DNA of 64,000 nt, taken from NCBI GenBank assembly GCA_964057225.1, contig OZ059895.1, forward strand, positions 4,712,001 to 4,776,000, given 5' to 3'. The notes beneath the pieces were generated by a model. It searched no databases, had not been told where the DNA came from, and was given only the letters and a program-made list of their open reading frames with translations. Origin of the DNA: Auanema rhodensis. Its lineage: Eukaryota; Animalia; Nematoda. How positions within the stretch are numbered: position 1 is the stretch's first letter; the number at the start of each line of letters is the position of its first letter. Positions 38,901 through 53,900 of the stretch are shown in pieces. The position numbers and the translations under genes are program-made.

Positions 38901-41900
38901 ATGCATTAGTGTATGTTGAGTTTCCATGTACACTCAACATTGCTTCGAAAAACATTTTGACAAAAATTTTTTCGAAAAATTTCAAAATAATTTAGCGAAA
39001 AGTAGATGTATTTAGATTCCTTTTTCTAAGGCAAAGATGATGGACAATGTTATTCAACGAAAAAATTAATTCTTCAGGGTGAAAATCGAGGATATAAGTG
39101 TGAACTTATATCAGTTGATATCTCGGTGCATTTTCAAGCTAGCGCAAATCTGATAACACAGATCGACGCAGCTTAAAAATCCGCATCGAATGCACTATAC
39201 TTCATTGAGAAACGCTTAATACAAAAATTAGTTATGATCGTTTGAAAAATGATGCATTAGTGTATGTTGAGTTTCCATGTACACTCAACATTGCTTCGAA
39301 AAACATTTTGACAAAAATTTTTTCGAAAAATTTCAAAATAATTTAGCAAAAAGTAGATGTTTTTAGATTCCTTTTTCTAAGGCAAAAATGATGGACAATG
39401 TTATTCAACGAAAAAATTAATTCTTCAGGGTGAAAATCGAGGATATAAGTGTGAACATATATCAGTTGATATCTCGGTGCATTTTTAAGCTAACGCAAAT
39501 CTGATTACACAGATCGACGCAGCTTAAAAATCCGCATCGAATGCACTATACTACATCGAGAAACGCTTAATACAAAAATTAGTTATGATCGTTTGAAAAA
39601 TGATGCATTAGTGTATGTTGAGTTTCCATGTACACTCAACATTGCTTCCAAAAACATTTTGACAAAAATTTTTTCGAAAAATTTCAAAATAATTTAGCAA
39701 AAAGTAGATGTTTTTAGATTCCTTTTTTTAAGGCAAAAATGATGGACAATGTTATTAAACGAAAAAATTAATTCTTCAGGGTGAAAATCGAGGATATAAG
39801 TGTGAACTTATATCAGTTGATATCTCGGTGCATTTTCAAGCTAGCGCAAATCTGATAACACAGATCGACGCAGCTTAAAAATCCGCATCGAATGCACTAT
39901 ACTTCATTGAGAAACGCTTAATACAAAAATTAGTTATGATCGTTTGAAAAATGATGCATTAGTGTATGTTGAGTTTCCATGTACACTCAACATTGCTTCC
40001 AAAAACATTTTGACAAAACTTTTTTCGAAAAATTTCAAAATAATTTAGCAAAAAGTAGATGTTTTTAGATTCCTTTTTTTAAGGCAAAAATGATGGACAA
40101 TGTTATTAAACGAAAAAATTAATTCTTCAGGGTGAAAATCGAGGATATAAGTGTGAACTTATATCAGTTGATATCTCGGTGCATTTTTAAGCTAGCGCAA
40201 ATCTGATAACACAGATCGACGCAGCTTAAAAATCCGCATCGAATGCACTATACTTCATTGAGAAACGCTTAATACAAAAATTAGTTATGATCGTTTGAAA
40301 AATGATGCATTAGTGTATGTTGAGTTTCCATGTACACTCAACATTGCTTCCAAAAACATTTTGACAAAAATTTTTTCGAAAAATTTCAAAATAATTTAGC
40401 AAAAAGTAGATGTTTTTAGATTCTTTTTTTCAAGGCAAAGACGATGGACAATGTTATTCAACGAAAAAATTAATTCTTCAGGGTGAAAATCGAGGATATA
40501 AGTGTGAACTTATATCAGTTGATATCTCGGTGCATTTTCAAGCTAGCGCAAATCTGATAACACAGATCGACGCAGCTTAAAAATCCGCATCGAATGCACT
40601 ATACTTCATTGAGAAACGCTTAATACAAAAATTAGTTATGATCGTTTGAAAAATGATGCATTAGTGTATGTTGAGTTTCCATGTACACTCAACATTGCTT
40701 CCAAAAACATTTTGACAAAACTTTTTTCGAAAAATTTCAAAATAATTTAGCAAAAAGTAGATGTTTTTAGATTCCTTTTTTTAAGGCAAAAATGATGGAC
40801 AATGTTATTAAACGAAAAAATTAATTCTTCAGGGTGAAAATCGAGGATATAAGTGTGAACTTATATCAGTTGATATCTCGGTGCATTTTTAAGCTAGCGC
40901 AAATCTGATAACACAGATCGACGCAGCTTAAAAATCCGCATCGAATGCACTATACTTCATTGAGAAACGCTTAATACAAAAATTAGTTATGATCGTTTGA
41001 AAAATGATGCATTAGTGTATGTTGAGTTTCCATGTACACTCAACATTGCTTCCAAAAACATTTTGACAAAAATTTTTTCGAAAAATTTCAAAATAATTTA
41101 GCAAAAAGTAGATGTTTTTAGATTCTTTTTTTCAAGGCAAAGACGATGGACAATGTTATTCAACGAAAAAATTAATTCTTCAGGGTGAAAATCGAGGATA
41201 TAAGTGTGAACTTATATCAGTTGATATCTCGGTGCATTTTCAAGCTAGCGCAAATCTGATAACACAGATCGACGCAGCTTAAAAATCCGCATCGAATGCA
41301 CTATACTTCATTGAGAAACGCTTAATACAAAAATTAGTTATGATCGTTTGAAAAATGATGCATTAGTGTATGTTGAGTTTCCATGTACACTCAACATTGC
41401 TTCGAAAAACATTTTGACAAAAATTTTTTCGAAAAATTTCAAAATAATTTAGCAAAAAGTAGATGTTTTTAGATTCCTTTTTCTAAGGCAAAAATGATGG
41501 ACAATGTTATTCAACGAAAAAATTAATTCTTCAGGGTGAAAATCGAGGATATAAGTGTGAACATATATCAGTTGATATCTCGGTGCATTTTTAAGCTAAC
41601 GTAAATCTGATAACACAGATCGACGCAGCTTAAAAATCCGCATCGAATGCACTATACTACATCGAGAAACGCTTAATACAAAAATTAGTTATGATCGTTT
41701 GAAAAATGATGCATTAGTGTATGTTGAGTTTCCATGTACACTCAACATTGCTTCCAAAAACATTTTGACAAAACTTTTTTCGAAAAATTTCAAAATAATT
41801 TAGCAAAAAGTAGATGTTTTTAGATTCCTTTTTTTAAGGCAAAAATGATGGACAATGTTATTAAACGAAAAAATTAATTCTTCAGGGTGAAAATCGAGGA

Positions 41901-44900
41901 TATAAGTGTGAACTTATATCAGTTGATATCTCGGTGCATTTTCAAGCTAGCGCAAATCTGATAAGACAGATCGACGCAACTTAAAAATCCGCATCGAATG
42001 CACTATACTTCATTGAGAAACGCTTAATACAAAAATTAGTTATGATCGTTTGAAAAATGATGCATTAGTGTATGTTGAGTTTCCATGTACACTCAACATT
42101 GCTTCCAAAAACATTTTGACAAAACTTTTTTCGAAAAATTTCAAAATAATTTAGCAAAAAGTAGATGTTTTTAGATTCCTTTTTTTAAGGCAAAAATGAT
42201 GGACAATGTTATTAAACGAAAAAATTAATTCTTCAGGGTGAAAATCGAGGATATAAGTGTGAACTTATATCAGTTGATATCTCGGTGCATTTTCAAGCTA
42301 GCGCAAATCTGATAACACAGATCGACGCAGCTTAAAAATCCGCATCGAATGCACTATACTTCATTGAGAAACGCTTAATACAAAAATTAGTTATGATCGT
42401 TTGAAAAATGATGCATTAGTGTATGTTGAGTTTCCATGTACACTCAACATTGCTTCGAAAAACATTTTGACAAAAATTTTTTCGAAAAATTTCAAAATAA
42501 TTTAGCAAAAAGTAGATGTTTTTAGATTCCTTTTTCTAAGGCAAAAATGATGGACAATGTTATTCAACGAAAAAATTAATTCTTCAGGGTGAAAATCGAG
42601 GATATAAGTGTGAACATATATCAGTTGATATCTCGGTGCATTTTTAAGCTAACGTAAATCTGATAACACAGATCGACGCAGCTTAAAAATCCGCATCGAA
42701 TGCACTATACTACATCGAGAAACGCTTAATACAAAAATTAGTTATGATCGTTTGAAAAATGATGCATTAGTGTATGTTGAGTTTCCATGTACACTCAACA
42801 TTGCTTCCAAAAACATTTTGACAAAACTTTTTTCGAAAAATTTCAAAATAATTTAGCAAAAAGTAGATGTTTTTAGATTCCTTTTTTTAAGGCAAAAATG
42901 ATGGACAATGTTATTAAACGAAAAAATTAATTCTTCAGGGTGAAAATCGAGGATATAAGTGTGAACTTATATCAGTTGATATCTCGGTGCATTTTTAAGC
43001 TAGCGCAAATCTGATAACACAGATCGACGCAGCTTAAAAATCCGCATCGAATGCACTATACTTCATTGAGAAACGCTTAATACAAAAATTAGTTATGATC
43101 GTTTGAAAAATGATGCATTAGTGTATGTTGAGTTTCCATGTACACTCAACATTGCTTCCAAAAACATTTTGACAAAAATTTTTTCGAAAAATTTCAAAAT
43201 AATTTAGCAAAAAGTAGATGTTTTTAGATTCCTTTTTTTAAGGCAAAAATGATGGACAATGTTATTAAACGAAAAAATTAATTCTTCAGGGTGAAAATCG
43301 AGGATATAAGTGTGAACTTATATCAGTTGATATCTCGGTGCATTTTTAAGCTAGCGCAAATCTGATAACACAGATCGACGCAGCTTAAAAATCCGCATCG
43401 AATGCACTATACTTCATTGAGAAACGCTTAATACAAAAATTAGTTATGATCGTTTGAAAAATGATGCATTAGTGTATGTTGAGTTTCCATGTACACTCAA
43501 CATTGCTTCCAAAAACATTTTGACAAAAATTTTTTCGAAAAATTTCAAAATAATTTAGCAAAAAGTAGATGTTTTTAGATTCCTTTTTTTAAGGCAAAAA
43601 TGATGGACAATGTTATTAAACGAAAAAATTAATTCTTCAGGGTGAAAATCGAGGATATAAGTGTGAACTTATATCAGTTGATATCTCGGTGCATTTTCAA
43701 GCTAGCGCAAATCTGATAACACAGATCGACGCAGCTTAAAAATCCGCATCGAATGCACTATACTTCATTGAGAAACGCTTAATACAAAAATTAGTTATGA
43801 TCGTTTGAAAAATGATGCATTAGTGTATGTTGAGTTTCCATGTACACTCAACATTGCTTCCAAAAACATTTTGACAAAACTTTTTTCGAAAAATTTCAAA
43901 ATAATTTAGCAAAAAGTAGATGTTTTTAGATTCCTTTTTTTAAGGCAAAAATGATGGACAATGTTATTAAACGAAAAAATTAATTCTTCAGGGTGAAAAT
44001 CGAGGATATAAGTGTGAACTTATATCAGTTGATATCTCGGTGCATTTTTAAGCTAGCGCAAATCTGATAACACAGATCGACGCAGCTTAAAAATCCGCAT
44101 CGAATGCACTATACTTCATTGAGAAACGCTTAATACAAAAATTAGTTATGATCGTTTGAAAAATGATGCATTAGTGTATGTTGAGTTTCCATGTACACTC
44201 AACATTGCTTCGAAAAACATTTTGACAAAAATTTTTTCGAAAAATTTCAAAATAATTTAGCAAAAAGTAGATGTTTTTAGATTCCTTTTTCTAAGGCAAA
44301 AATGATGGACAATGTTATTCAACGAAAAAATTAATTCTTCAGGGTGAAAATCGAGGATATAAGTGTGAACATATATCAGTTGATATCTCGGTGCATTTTT
44401 AAGCTAACGTAAATCTGATAACACAGATCGACGCAGCTTAAAAATCCGCATCGAATGCACTATACTACATCGAGAAACGCTTAATACAAAAATTAGTTAT
44501 GATCGTTTGAAAAATGATGCATTAGTGTATGTTGAGTTTCCATGTACACTCAACATTGCTTCCAAAAACATTTTGACAAAACTTTTTTCGAAAAATTTCA
44601 AAATAATTTAGCAAAAAGTAGATGTTTTTAGATTCCTTTTTTTAAGGCAAAAATGATGGACAATGTTATTAAACGAAAAAATTAATTCTTCAGGGTGAAA
44701 ATCGAGGATATAAGTGTGAACTTATATCAGTTGATATCTCGGTGCATTTTCAAGCTAGCGCAAATCTGATAACACAGATCGACGCAGCTTAAAAATCCGC
44801 ATCGAATGCACTATACTTCATTGAGAAACGCTTAATACAAAAATTAGTTATGATCGTTTGAAAAATGATGCATTAGTGTATGTTGAGTTTCCATGTACAC

Positions 44901-47900
44901 TCAACATTGCTTCCAAAAACATTTTGACAAAACTTTTTTCGAAAAATTTCAAAATAATTTAGCAAAAAGTAGATGTTTTTAGATTCCTTTTTTTAAGGCA
45001 AAAATGATGGACAATGTTATTAAACGAAAAAATTAATTCTTCAGGGTGAAAATCGAGGATATAAGTGTGAACTTATATCAGTTGATATCTCGGTGCATTT
45101 TTAAGCTAGCGCAAATCTGATAACACAGATCGACGCAGCTTAAAAATCCGCATCGAATGCACTATACTTCATTGAGAAACGCTTAATACAAAAATTAGTT
45201 ATGATCGTTTGAAAAATGATGCATTAGTGTATGTTGAGTTTCCATGTACACTCAACATTGCTTCCAAAAACATTTTGACAAAAATTTTTTCGAAAAATTT
45301 CAAAATAATTTAGCAAAAAGTAGATGTTTTTAGATTCCTTTTTTTAAGGCAAAAATGATGGACAATGTTATTAAACGAAAAAATTAATTCTTCAGGGTGA
45401 AAATCGAGGATATAAGTGTGAACTTATATCAGTTGATATCTCGGTGCATTTTTAAGCTAGCGCAAATCTGATAACACAGATCGACGCAGCTTAAAAATCC
45501 GCATCGAATGCACTATACTTCATTGAGAAACGCTTAATACAAAAATTAGTTATGATCGTTTGAAAAATGATGCATTAGTGTATGTTGAGTTTCCATGTAC
45601 ACTCAACATTGCTTCCAAAAACATTTTGACAAAACTTTTTTCGAAAAATTTCAAAATAATTTAGCAAAAAGTAGATGTTTTTAGATTCCTTTTTTTAAGG
45701 CAAAAATGATGGACAATGTTATTAAACGAAAAAATTAATTCTTCAGGGTGAAAATCGAGGATATAAGTGTGAACTTATATCAGTTGATATCTCGGTGCAT
45801 TTTTAAGCTAGCGCAAATCTGATAACACAGATCGACGCAGCTTAAAAATCCGCATCGAATGCACTATACTTCATTGAGAAACGCTTAATACAAAAATTAG
45901 TTATGATCGTTTGAAAAATGATGCATTAGTGTATGTTGAGTTTCCATGTACACTCAACATTGCTTCCAAAAACATTTTGACAAAAATTTTTTCGAAAAAT
46001 TTCAAAATAATTTAGCAAAAAGTAGATGTTTTTAGATTCCTTTTTTTAAGGCAAAAATGATGGACAATGTTATTAAACGAAAAAATTAATTCTTCAGGGT
46101 GAAAATCGAGGATATAAGTGTGAACTTATATCAGTTGATATCTCGGTGCATTTTTAAGCTAGCGCAAATCTGATAACACAGATCGACGCAGCTTAAAAAT
46201 CCGCATCGAATGCACTATACTTCATTGAGAAACGCTTAATACAAAAATTAGTTATGATCGTTTGAAAAATGATGCATTAGTGTATGTTGAGTTTCCATGT
46301 ACACTCAACATTGCTTCCAAAAACATTTTGACAAAACTTTTTTCGAAAAATTTCAAAATAATTTAGCAAAAAGTAGATGTTTTTAGATTCCTTTTTTTAA
46401 GGCAAAAATGATGGACAATGTTATTAAACGAAAAAATTAATTCTTCAGGGTGAAAATCGAGGATATAAGTGTGAACTTATATCAGTTGATATCTCGGTGC
46501 ATTTTTAAGCTAGCGCAAATCTGATAACACAGATCGACGCAGCTTAAAAATCCGCATCGAATGCACTATACTTCATTGAGAAACGCTTAATACAAAAATT
46601 AGTTATGATCGTTTGAAAAATGATGCATTAGTGTATGTTGAGTTTCCATGTACACTCAACATTGCTTCCAAAAACATTTTGACAAAAATTTTTTCGAAAA
46701 ATTTCAAAATAATTTAGCAAAAAGTAGATGTTTTTAGATTCCTTTTTTTAAGGCAAAAATGATGGACAATGTTATTAAACGAAAAAATTAATTCTTCAGG
46801 GTGAAAATCGAGGATATAAGTGTGAACTTATATCAGTTGATATCTCGGTGCATTTTTAAGCTAGCGCAAATCTGATAACACAGATCGACGCAGCTTAAAA
46901 ATCCGCATCGAATGCACTATACTTCATTGAGAAACGCTTAATACAAAAATTAGTTATGATCGTTTGAAAAATGATGCATTAGTGTATGTTGAGTTTCCAT
47001 GTACACTCAACATTGCTTCCAAAAACATTTTGACAAAAATTTTTTCGAAAAATTTCAAAATAATTTAGCAAAAAGTAGATGTTTTTAGATTCCTTTTTTT
47101 AAGGCAAAAATGATGGACAATGTTATTAAACGAAAAAATTAATTCTTCAGGGTGAAAATCGAGGATATAAGTGTGAACTTATATCAGTTGATATCTCGGT
47201 GCATTTTTAAGCTAGCGCAAATCTGATAACACAGATCGACGCAGCTTAAAAATCCGCATCGAATGCACTATACTTCATTGAGAAACGCTTAATACAAAAA
47301 TTAGTTATGATCGTTTGAAAAATGATGCATTAGTGTATGTTGAGTTTCCATGTACACTCAACATTGCTTCCAAAAACATTTTGACAAAAATTTTTTCGAA
47401 AAATTTCAAAATAATTTAGCAAAAAGTAGATGTTTTTAGATTCCTTTTTTTAAGGCAAAAATGATGGACAATGTTATTAAACGAAAAAATTAATTCTTCA
47501 GGGTGAAAATCGAGGATATAAGTGTGAACTTATATCAGTTGATATCTCGGTGCATTTTCAAGCTAGCGCAAATCTGATAACACAGATCGACGCAGCTTAA
47601 AAATCCGCATCGAATGCACTATACTTCATTGAGAAACGCTTAATACAAAAATTAGTTATGATCGTTTGAAAAATGATGCATTAGTGTATGTTGAGTTTCC
47701 ATGTACACTCAACATTGCTTCCAAAAACATTTTGACAAAAATTTTTTCGAAAAATTTCAAAATAATTTAGCAAAAAGTAGATGTTTTAGATTCTTTTTTT
47801 CAAGGCAAAGACGATGGACAATGTTATTCAACGAAAAAATTAATTCTTCAGGGTGAAAATCGAGGATATAAGTGTGAACTTATATCAGTTGATATCTCGG

Positions 47901-50900
47901 TGCACTTTTAAGCTAGCGCAAATCTGATAACACAGATCGACGCAGCTTAAAAATCCGCATCGAATGCACTATACTTCATTGAGAAACGCTTAATATAAAA
48001 ATTAGTTATGATCGTTTGAAAAATGATGCATTAGTGTATGTTGAGTTTCCATGTACACTCAACATTGCTTCCAAAAACATTTTGACAAAAATTTTTTCGA
48101 AAAATTTCAAAATAATTTAGCAAAAAGTAGATGTTTTTAGATTCCTTTTTTTAAGGCAAAAATGATGGACAATGTTATTAAACGAAAAAATTAATTCTTC
48201 AGGGTGAAAATCGAGGATATAAGTGTGAACTTATATCAGTTGATATCTCGGTGCATTTTCAAGCTAGCGCAAATCTGATAACACAGATCGACGCAGCTTA
48301 AAAATCCGCATCGAATGCACTATACTTCATTGAGAAACGCTTAATACAAAAATTAGTTATGATCGTTTGAAAAATGATGCATTAGTGTATGTTGAGTTTC
48401 CATGTACACTCAACATTGCTTCCAAAAACATTTTGACAAAAATTTTTTCGAAAAATTTCAAAATAATTTAGCAAAAAGTAGATGTTTTTAGATTCTTTTT
48501 TTCAAGGCAAAGACGATGGACAATGTTATTCAACGAAAAAATTAATTCTTCAGGGTGAAAATCGAGGATATAAGTGTGAACTTATATCAGTTGATATCTC
48601 GGTGCATTTTTAAGCTAGCGCAAATCTGATAACACAGATCGACGCAGCTTAAAAATCCGCATCGAATGCACTTTACTACATTGAGAAACGCTTAATACAA
48701 AAATTAGTTATGATCGTTTGAAAAATGATGCATTAGTGTATGTTGAGTTTCCATGTACACTCAACATTGCTTCCAAAAACATTTTGACAAAAATTTTTTC
48801 GAAAAATTTCAAAATAATTTAGCAAAAAGTGGATGTTTTTAGATTCTTTTTTTTAAGGCAAAAATGATGGACAATGTTATTCAACGAAAAAATTAATTCT
48901 TCAGGGTGAAAATCGAGGATATAAGTGTGAACATATATCAGTTGATATCTCGGTGCATTTTTAAGCTAGCGCAAATCTGATAACACAGATCGACGCAGCT
49001 TAAAAATCCGCATCGAATGCACTATACTACATCGAGAAACGCTTAATACAAAAATTAGTTATGATCGTTTGAAAAATGATGCATTAGTGTATGTTGAGTT
49101 TCCATGTACACTCAACATTGCTTCGAAAAACATTTTGACAAAAATTTTTTCGAAAAATTTCAAAATAATTTAGCGAAAAGTAGATGTATTTAGATTCCTT
49201 TTTCTAAGGCAAAGATGATGGACAATGTTATTCAACGAAAAAATTAATTCTTCAGGGTGAAAATCGAGGATATAAGTGTGAACTTATATCAGTTGATATC
49301 TCGGTGCATTTTCAAGCTAGCGCAAATCTGATAACACAGATCGACGCAGCTTAAAAATCCGCATCGAATGCACTATACTTCATTGAGAAACGCTTAATAC
49401 AAAAATTAGTTATGATCGTTTGAAAAATGATGCATTAGTGTATGTTGAGTTTCCATGTACACTCAACATTGCTTCGAAAAACATTTTGACAAAAATTTTT
49501 TCGAAAAATTTCAAAATAATTTAGCAAAAAGTGGATGTTTTTAGATTCTTTTTTTTAAGGCAAAGATGATGGACAATGTTATTCAACGAAAAAATTAATT
49601 CTTCAGGGTGAAAATCGAGGATATAAGTGTGAACTTATATCAGTTGATATCTCGGTGCATTTTCAAGCTAGCGCAAATCTGATAACACAGATCGACGCAG
49701 CTTAAAAATCCGCATCGAATGCACTATACTTCATTGAGAAACGCTTAATACAAAAATTAGTTATGATCGTTTGAAAAATGATGCATTAGTGTATGTTGAG
49801 TTTCCATGTACACTCAACATTGCTTCGAAAAACATTTTGACAAAAATTTTTTCGAAAAATTTCAAAATAATTTAGCAAAAAGTAGATGTTTTTAGATTCT
49901 TTTTTTTAAGGCAAAGATGATGGACAATGTTATTCAACGAAAAAATTAATTCTTCAGGGTGAAAATCGAGGATATAAGTGTGAACTTATATCAGTTGATA
50001 TCTCGGTGCATTTTCAAGCTAGCGCAAATCTGATAACACAGATCGACGCAGCTTAAAAATCCGCATCGAATGCACTATACTTCATTGAGAAACGCTTAAT
50101 ACAAAAATTAGTTATGATCGTTTGAAAAATGATGCATTAGTGTATGTTGAGTTTCCATGTACACTCAACATTGCTTCGAAAAACATTTTGACAAAAATTT
50201 TTTCGAAAAATTTCAAAATAATTTAGCAAAAAGTAGATGTTTTTAGATTCCTTTTTCTAAGGCAAAAATGATGGACAATGTTATTCAACGAAAAAATTAA
50301 TTCTTCAGGGTGAAAATCGAGGATATAAGTGTGAACATATATCAGTTGATATCTCGGTGCATTTTTAAGCTAACGCAAATCTGATTACACAGATCGACGC
50401 AGCTTAAAAATCCGCATCGAATGCACTATACTACATCGAGAAACGCTTAATACAAAAATTAGTTATGATCGTTTGAAAAATGATGCATTAGTGTATGTTG
50501 AGTTTCCATGTACACTCAACATTGCTTCCAAAAACATTTTGACAAAAATTTTTTCGAAAAATTTCAAAATAATTTAGCAAAAAGTAGATGTTTTTAGATT
50601 CCTTTTTTTAAGGCAAAAATGATGGACAATGTTATTAAACGAAAAAATTAATTCTTCAGGGTGAAAATCGAGGATATAAGTGTGAACTTATATCAGTTGA
50701 TATCTCGGTGCATTTTCAAGCTAGCGCAAATCTGATAACACAGATCGACGCAGCTTAAAAATCCGCATCGAATGAACTATACTTCATTGAGAAACGCTTA
50801 ATACAAAAATTAGTTATGATCGTTTGAAAAATGATGCATTAGTGTATGTTGAGTTTCCATGTACACTCAACATTGCTTCCAAAAACATTTTGACAAAACT

Positions 50901-53900
50901 TTTTTCGAAAAATTTCAAAATAATTTAGCAAAAAGTAGATGTTTTTAGATTCCTTTTTTTAAGGCAAAAATGATGGACAATGTTATTAAACGAAAAAATT
51001 AATTCTTCAGGGTGAAAATCGAGGATATAAGTGTGAACTTATATCAGTTGATATCTCGGTGCATTTTTAAGCTAGCGCAAATCTGATAACACAGATCGAC
51101 GCAGCTTAAAAATCCGCATCGAATGCACTATACTTCATTGAGAAACGCTTAATACAAAAATTAGTTATGATCGTTTGAAAAATGATGCATTAGTGTATGT
51201 TGAGTTTCCATGTACACTCAACATTGCTTCCAAAAACATTTTGACAAAAATTTTTTCGAAAAATTTCAAAATAATTTAGCAAAAAGTAGATGTTTTTAGA
51301 TTCTTTTTTTCAAGGCAAAGACGATGGACAATGTTATTCAACGAAAAAATTAATTCTTCAGGGTGAAAATCGAGGATATAAGTGTGAACTTATATCAGTT
51401 GATATCTCGGTGCATTTTCAAGCTAGCGCAAATCTGATAACACAGATCGACGCAGCTTACAAATCCGCATCGAATGCACTATACTTCATTGAGAAACGCT
51501 TAATACAAAAATTAGTTATGATCGTTTGAAAAATGATGCATTAGTGTATGTTGAGTTTCCATGTACACTCAACATTGCTTCGAAAAACATTTTGACAAAA
51601 ATTTTTTCGAAAAATTTCAAAATAATTTAGCAAAAAGTAGATGTTTTTAGATTCCTTTTTCTAAGGCAAAAATGATGGACAATGTTATTCAACGAAAAAA
51701 TTAATTCTTCAGGGTGAAAATCGAGGATATAAGTGTGAACATATATCAGTTGATATCTCGGTGCATTTTTAAGCTAACGCAAATCTGATAACACAGATCG
51801 ACGCAGCTTAAAAATCCGCATCGAATGCACTATACTACATCGAGAAACGCTTAATACAAAAATTAGTTATGATCGTTTGAAAAATGATGCATTAGTGTAT
51901 GTTGAGTTTCCATGTACACTCAACATTGCTTCCAAAAACATTTTGACAAAAATTTTTTCGAAAAATTTCAAAATAATTTAGCAAAAAGTAGATGTTTTTA
52001 GATTCCTTTTTTTAAGGCAAAAATGATGGACAATGTTATTAAACGAAAAAATTAATTCTTCAGGGTGAAAATCGAGGATATAAGTGTGAACTTATATCAG
52101 TTGATATCTCGGTGCATTTTCAAGCTAGCGCAAATCTGATAACACAGATCGACGCAGCTTAAAAATCCGCATCGAATGCACTATACTTCATTGAGAAACG
52201 CTTAATACAAAAATTAGTTATGATCGTTTGAAAAATGATGCATTAGTGTATGTTGAGTTTCCATGTACACTCAACATTGCTTCCAAAAACATTTTGACAA
52301 AACTTTTTTCGAAAAATTTCAAAATAATTTAGCAAAAAGTAGATGTTTTTAGATTCCTTTTTTTAAGGCAAAAATGATGGACAATGTTATTAAACGAAAA
52401 AATTAATTCTTCAGGGTGAAAATCGAGGATATAAGTGTGAACTTATATCAGTTGATATCTCGGTGCATTTTTAAGCTAGCGCAAATCTGATAACACAGAT
52501 CGACGCAGCTTAAAAATCCGCATCGAATGCACTATACTTCATTGAGAAACGCTTAATACAAAAATTAGTTATGATCGTTTGAAAAATGATGCATTAGTGT
52601 ATGTTGAGTTTCCATGTACACTCAACATTGCTTCCAAAAACATTTTGACAAAAATTTTTTCGAAAAATTTCAAAATAATTTAGCAAAAAGTAGATGTTTT
52701 TAGATTCTTTTTTTTCAAGGCAAAGACGATGGACAATGTTATTCAACGAAAAAATTAATTCTTCAGGGTGAAAATCGAGGATATAAGTGTGAACTTATAT
52801 CAGTTGATATCTCGGTGCATTTTCAAGCTAGCGCAAATCTGATAACACAGATCGACGCAGCTTACAAATCCGCATCGAATGCACTATACTTCATTGAGAA
52901 ACGCTTAATACAAAAATTAGTTATGATCGTTTGAAAAATGATGCATTAGTGTATGTTGAGTTTCCATGTACACTCAACATTGCTTCGAAAAACATTTTGA
53001 CAAAAATTTTTTCGAAAAATTTCAAAATAATTTAGCAAAAAGTAGATGTTTTTAGATTCCTTTTTCTAAGGCAAAAATGATGGACAATGTTATTCAACGA
53101 AAAAATTAATTCTTCAGGGTGAAAATCGAGGATATAAGTGTGAACATATATCAGTTGATATCTCGGTGCATTTTTAAGCTAACGCAAATCTGATAACACA
53201 GATCGACGCAGCTTAAAAATCCGCATCGAATGCACTATACTACATCGAGAAACGCTTAATACAAAAATTAGTTATGATCGTTTGAAAAATGATGCATTAG
53301 TGTATGTTGAGTTTCCATGTACACTCAACATTGCTTCCAAAAACATTTTGACAAAAATTTTTTCGAAAAATTTCAAAATAATTTAGCAAAGAGTAGATGT
53401 TTTTAGATTCCTTTTTTTAAGGCAAAAATGATGGACAATGTTATTAAACGAAAAAATTAATTCTTCAGGGTGAAAATCGAGGATATAAGTGTGAACTTAT
53501 ATCAGTTGATATCTCGGTGCATTTTCAAGCTAGCGCAAATCTGATAACACAGATCGACGCAGCTTAAAAATCCGCATCGAATGCACTATACTTCATTGAG
53601 AAACGCTTAATACAAAAATTAGTTATGATCGTTTGAAAAATGATGCATTAGTGTAGGTTGAGTTTCCATGTACACTCAACATTGCTTCCAAAAACATTTT
53701 GACAAAACTTTTTTCGAAAAATTTCAAAATAATTTAGCAAAAAGTAGATGTTTTTAGATTCCTTTTTTTAAGGCAAAAATGATGGACAATGTTATTAAAC
53801 GAAAAAATTAATTCTTCAGGGTGAAAATCGAGGATATAAGTGTGAACTTATATCAGTTGATATCTCGGTGCATTTTTAAGCTAGCGCAAATCTGATAACA

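Noticed and set aside
51290-51529. 79-aa plus-strand ORF (MFLDSFFQGK...)
   Set aside because: Exists only because a TAA-to-TAC variant at 51460 removes a stop present in almost all other copies; common alleles put further stops in the same frame (T77, A105, T185), and the sister copy at 52865 has a +1 T frameshift upstream. No recognisable domain.
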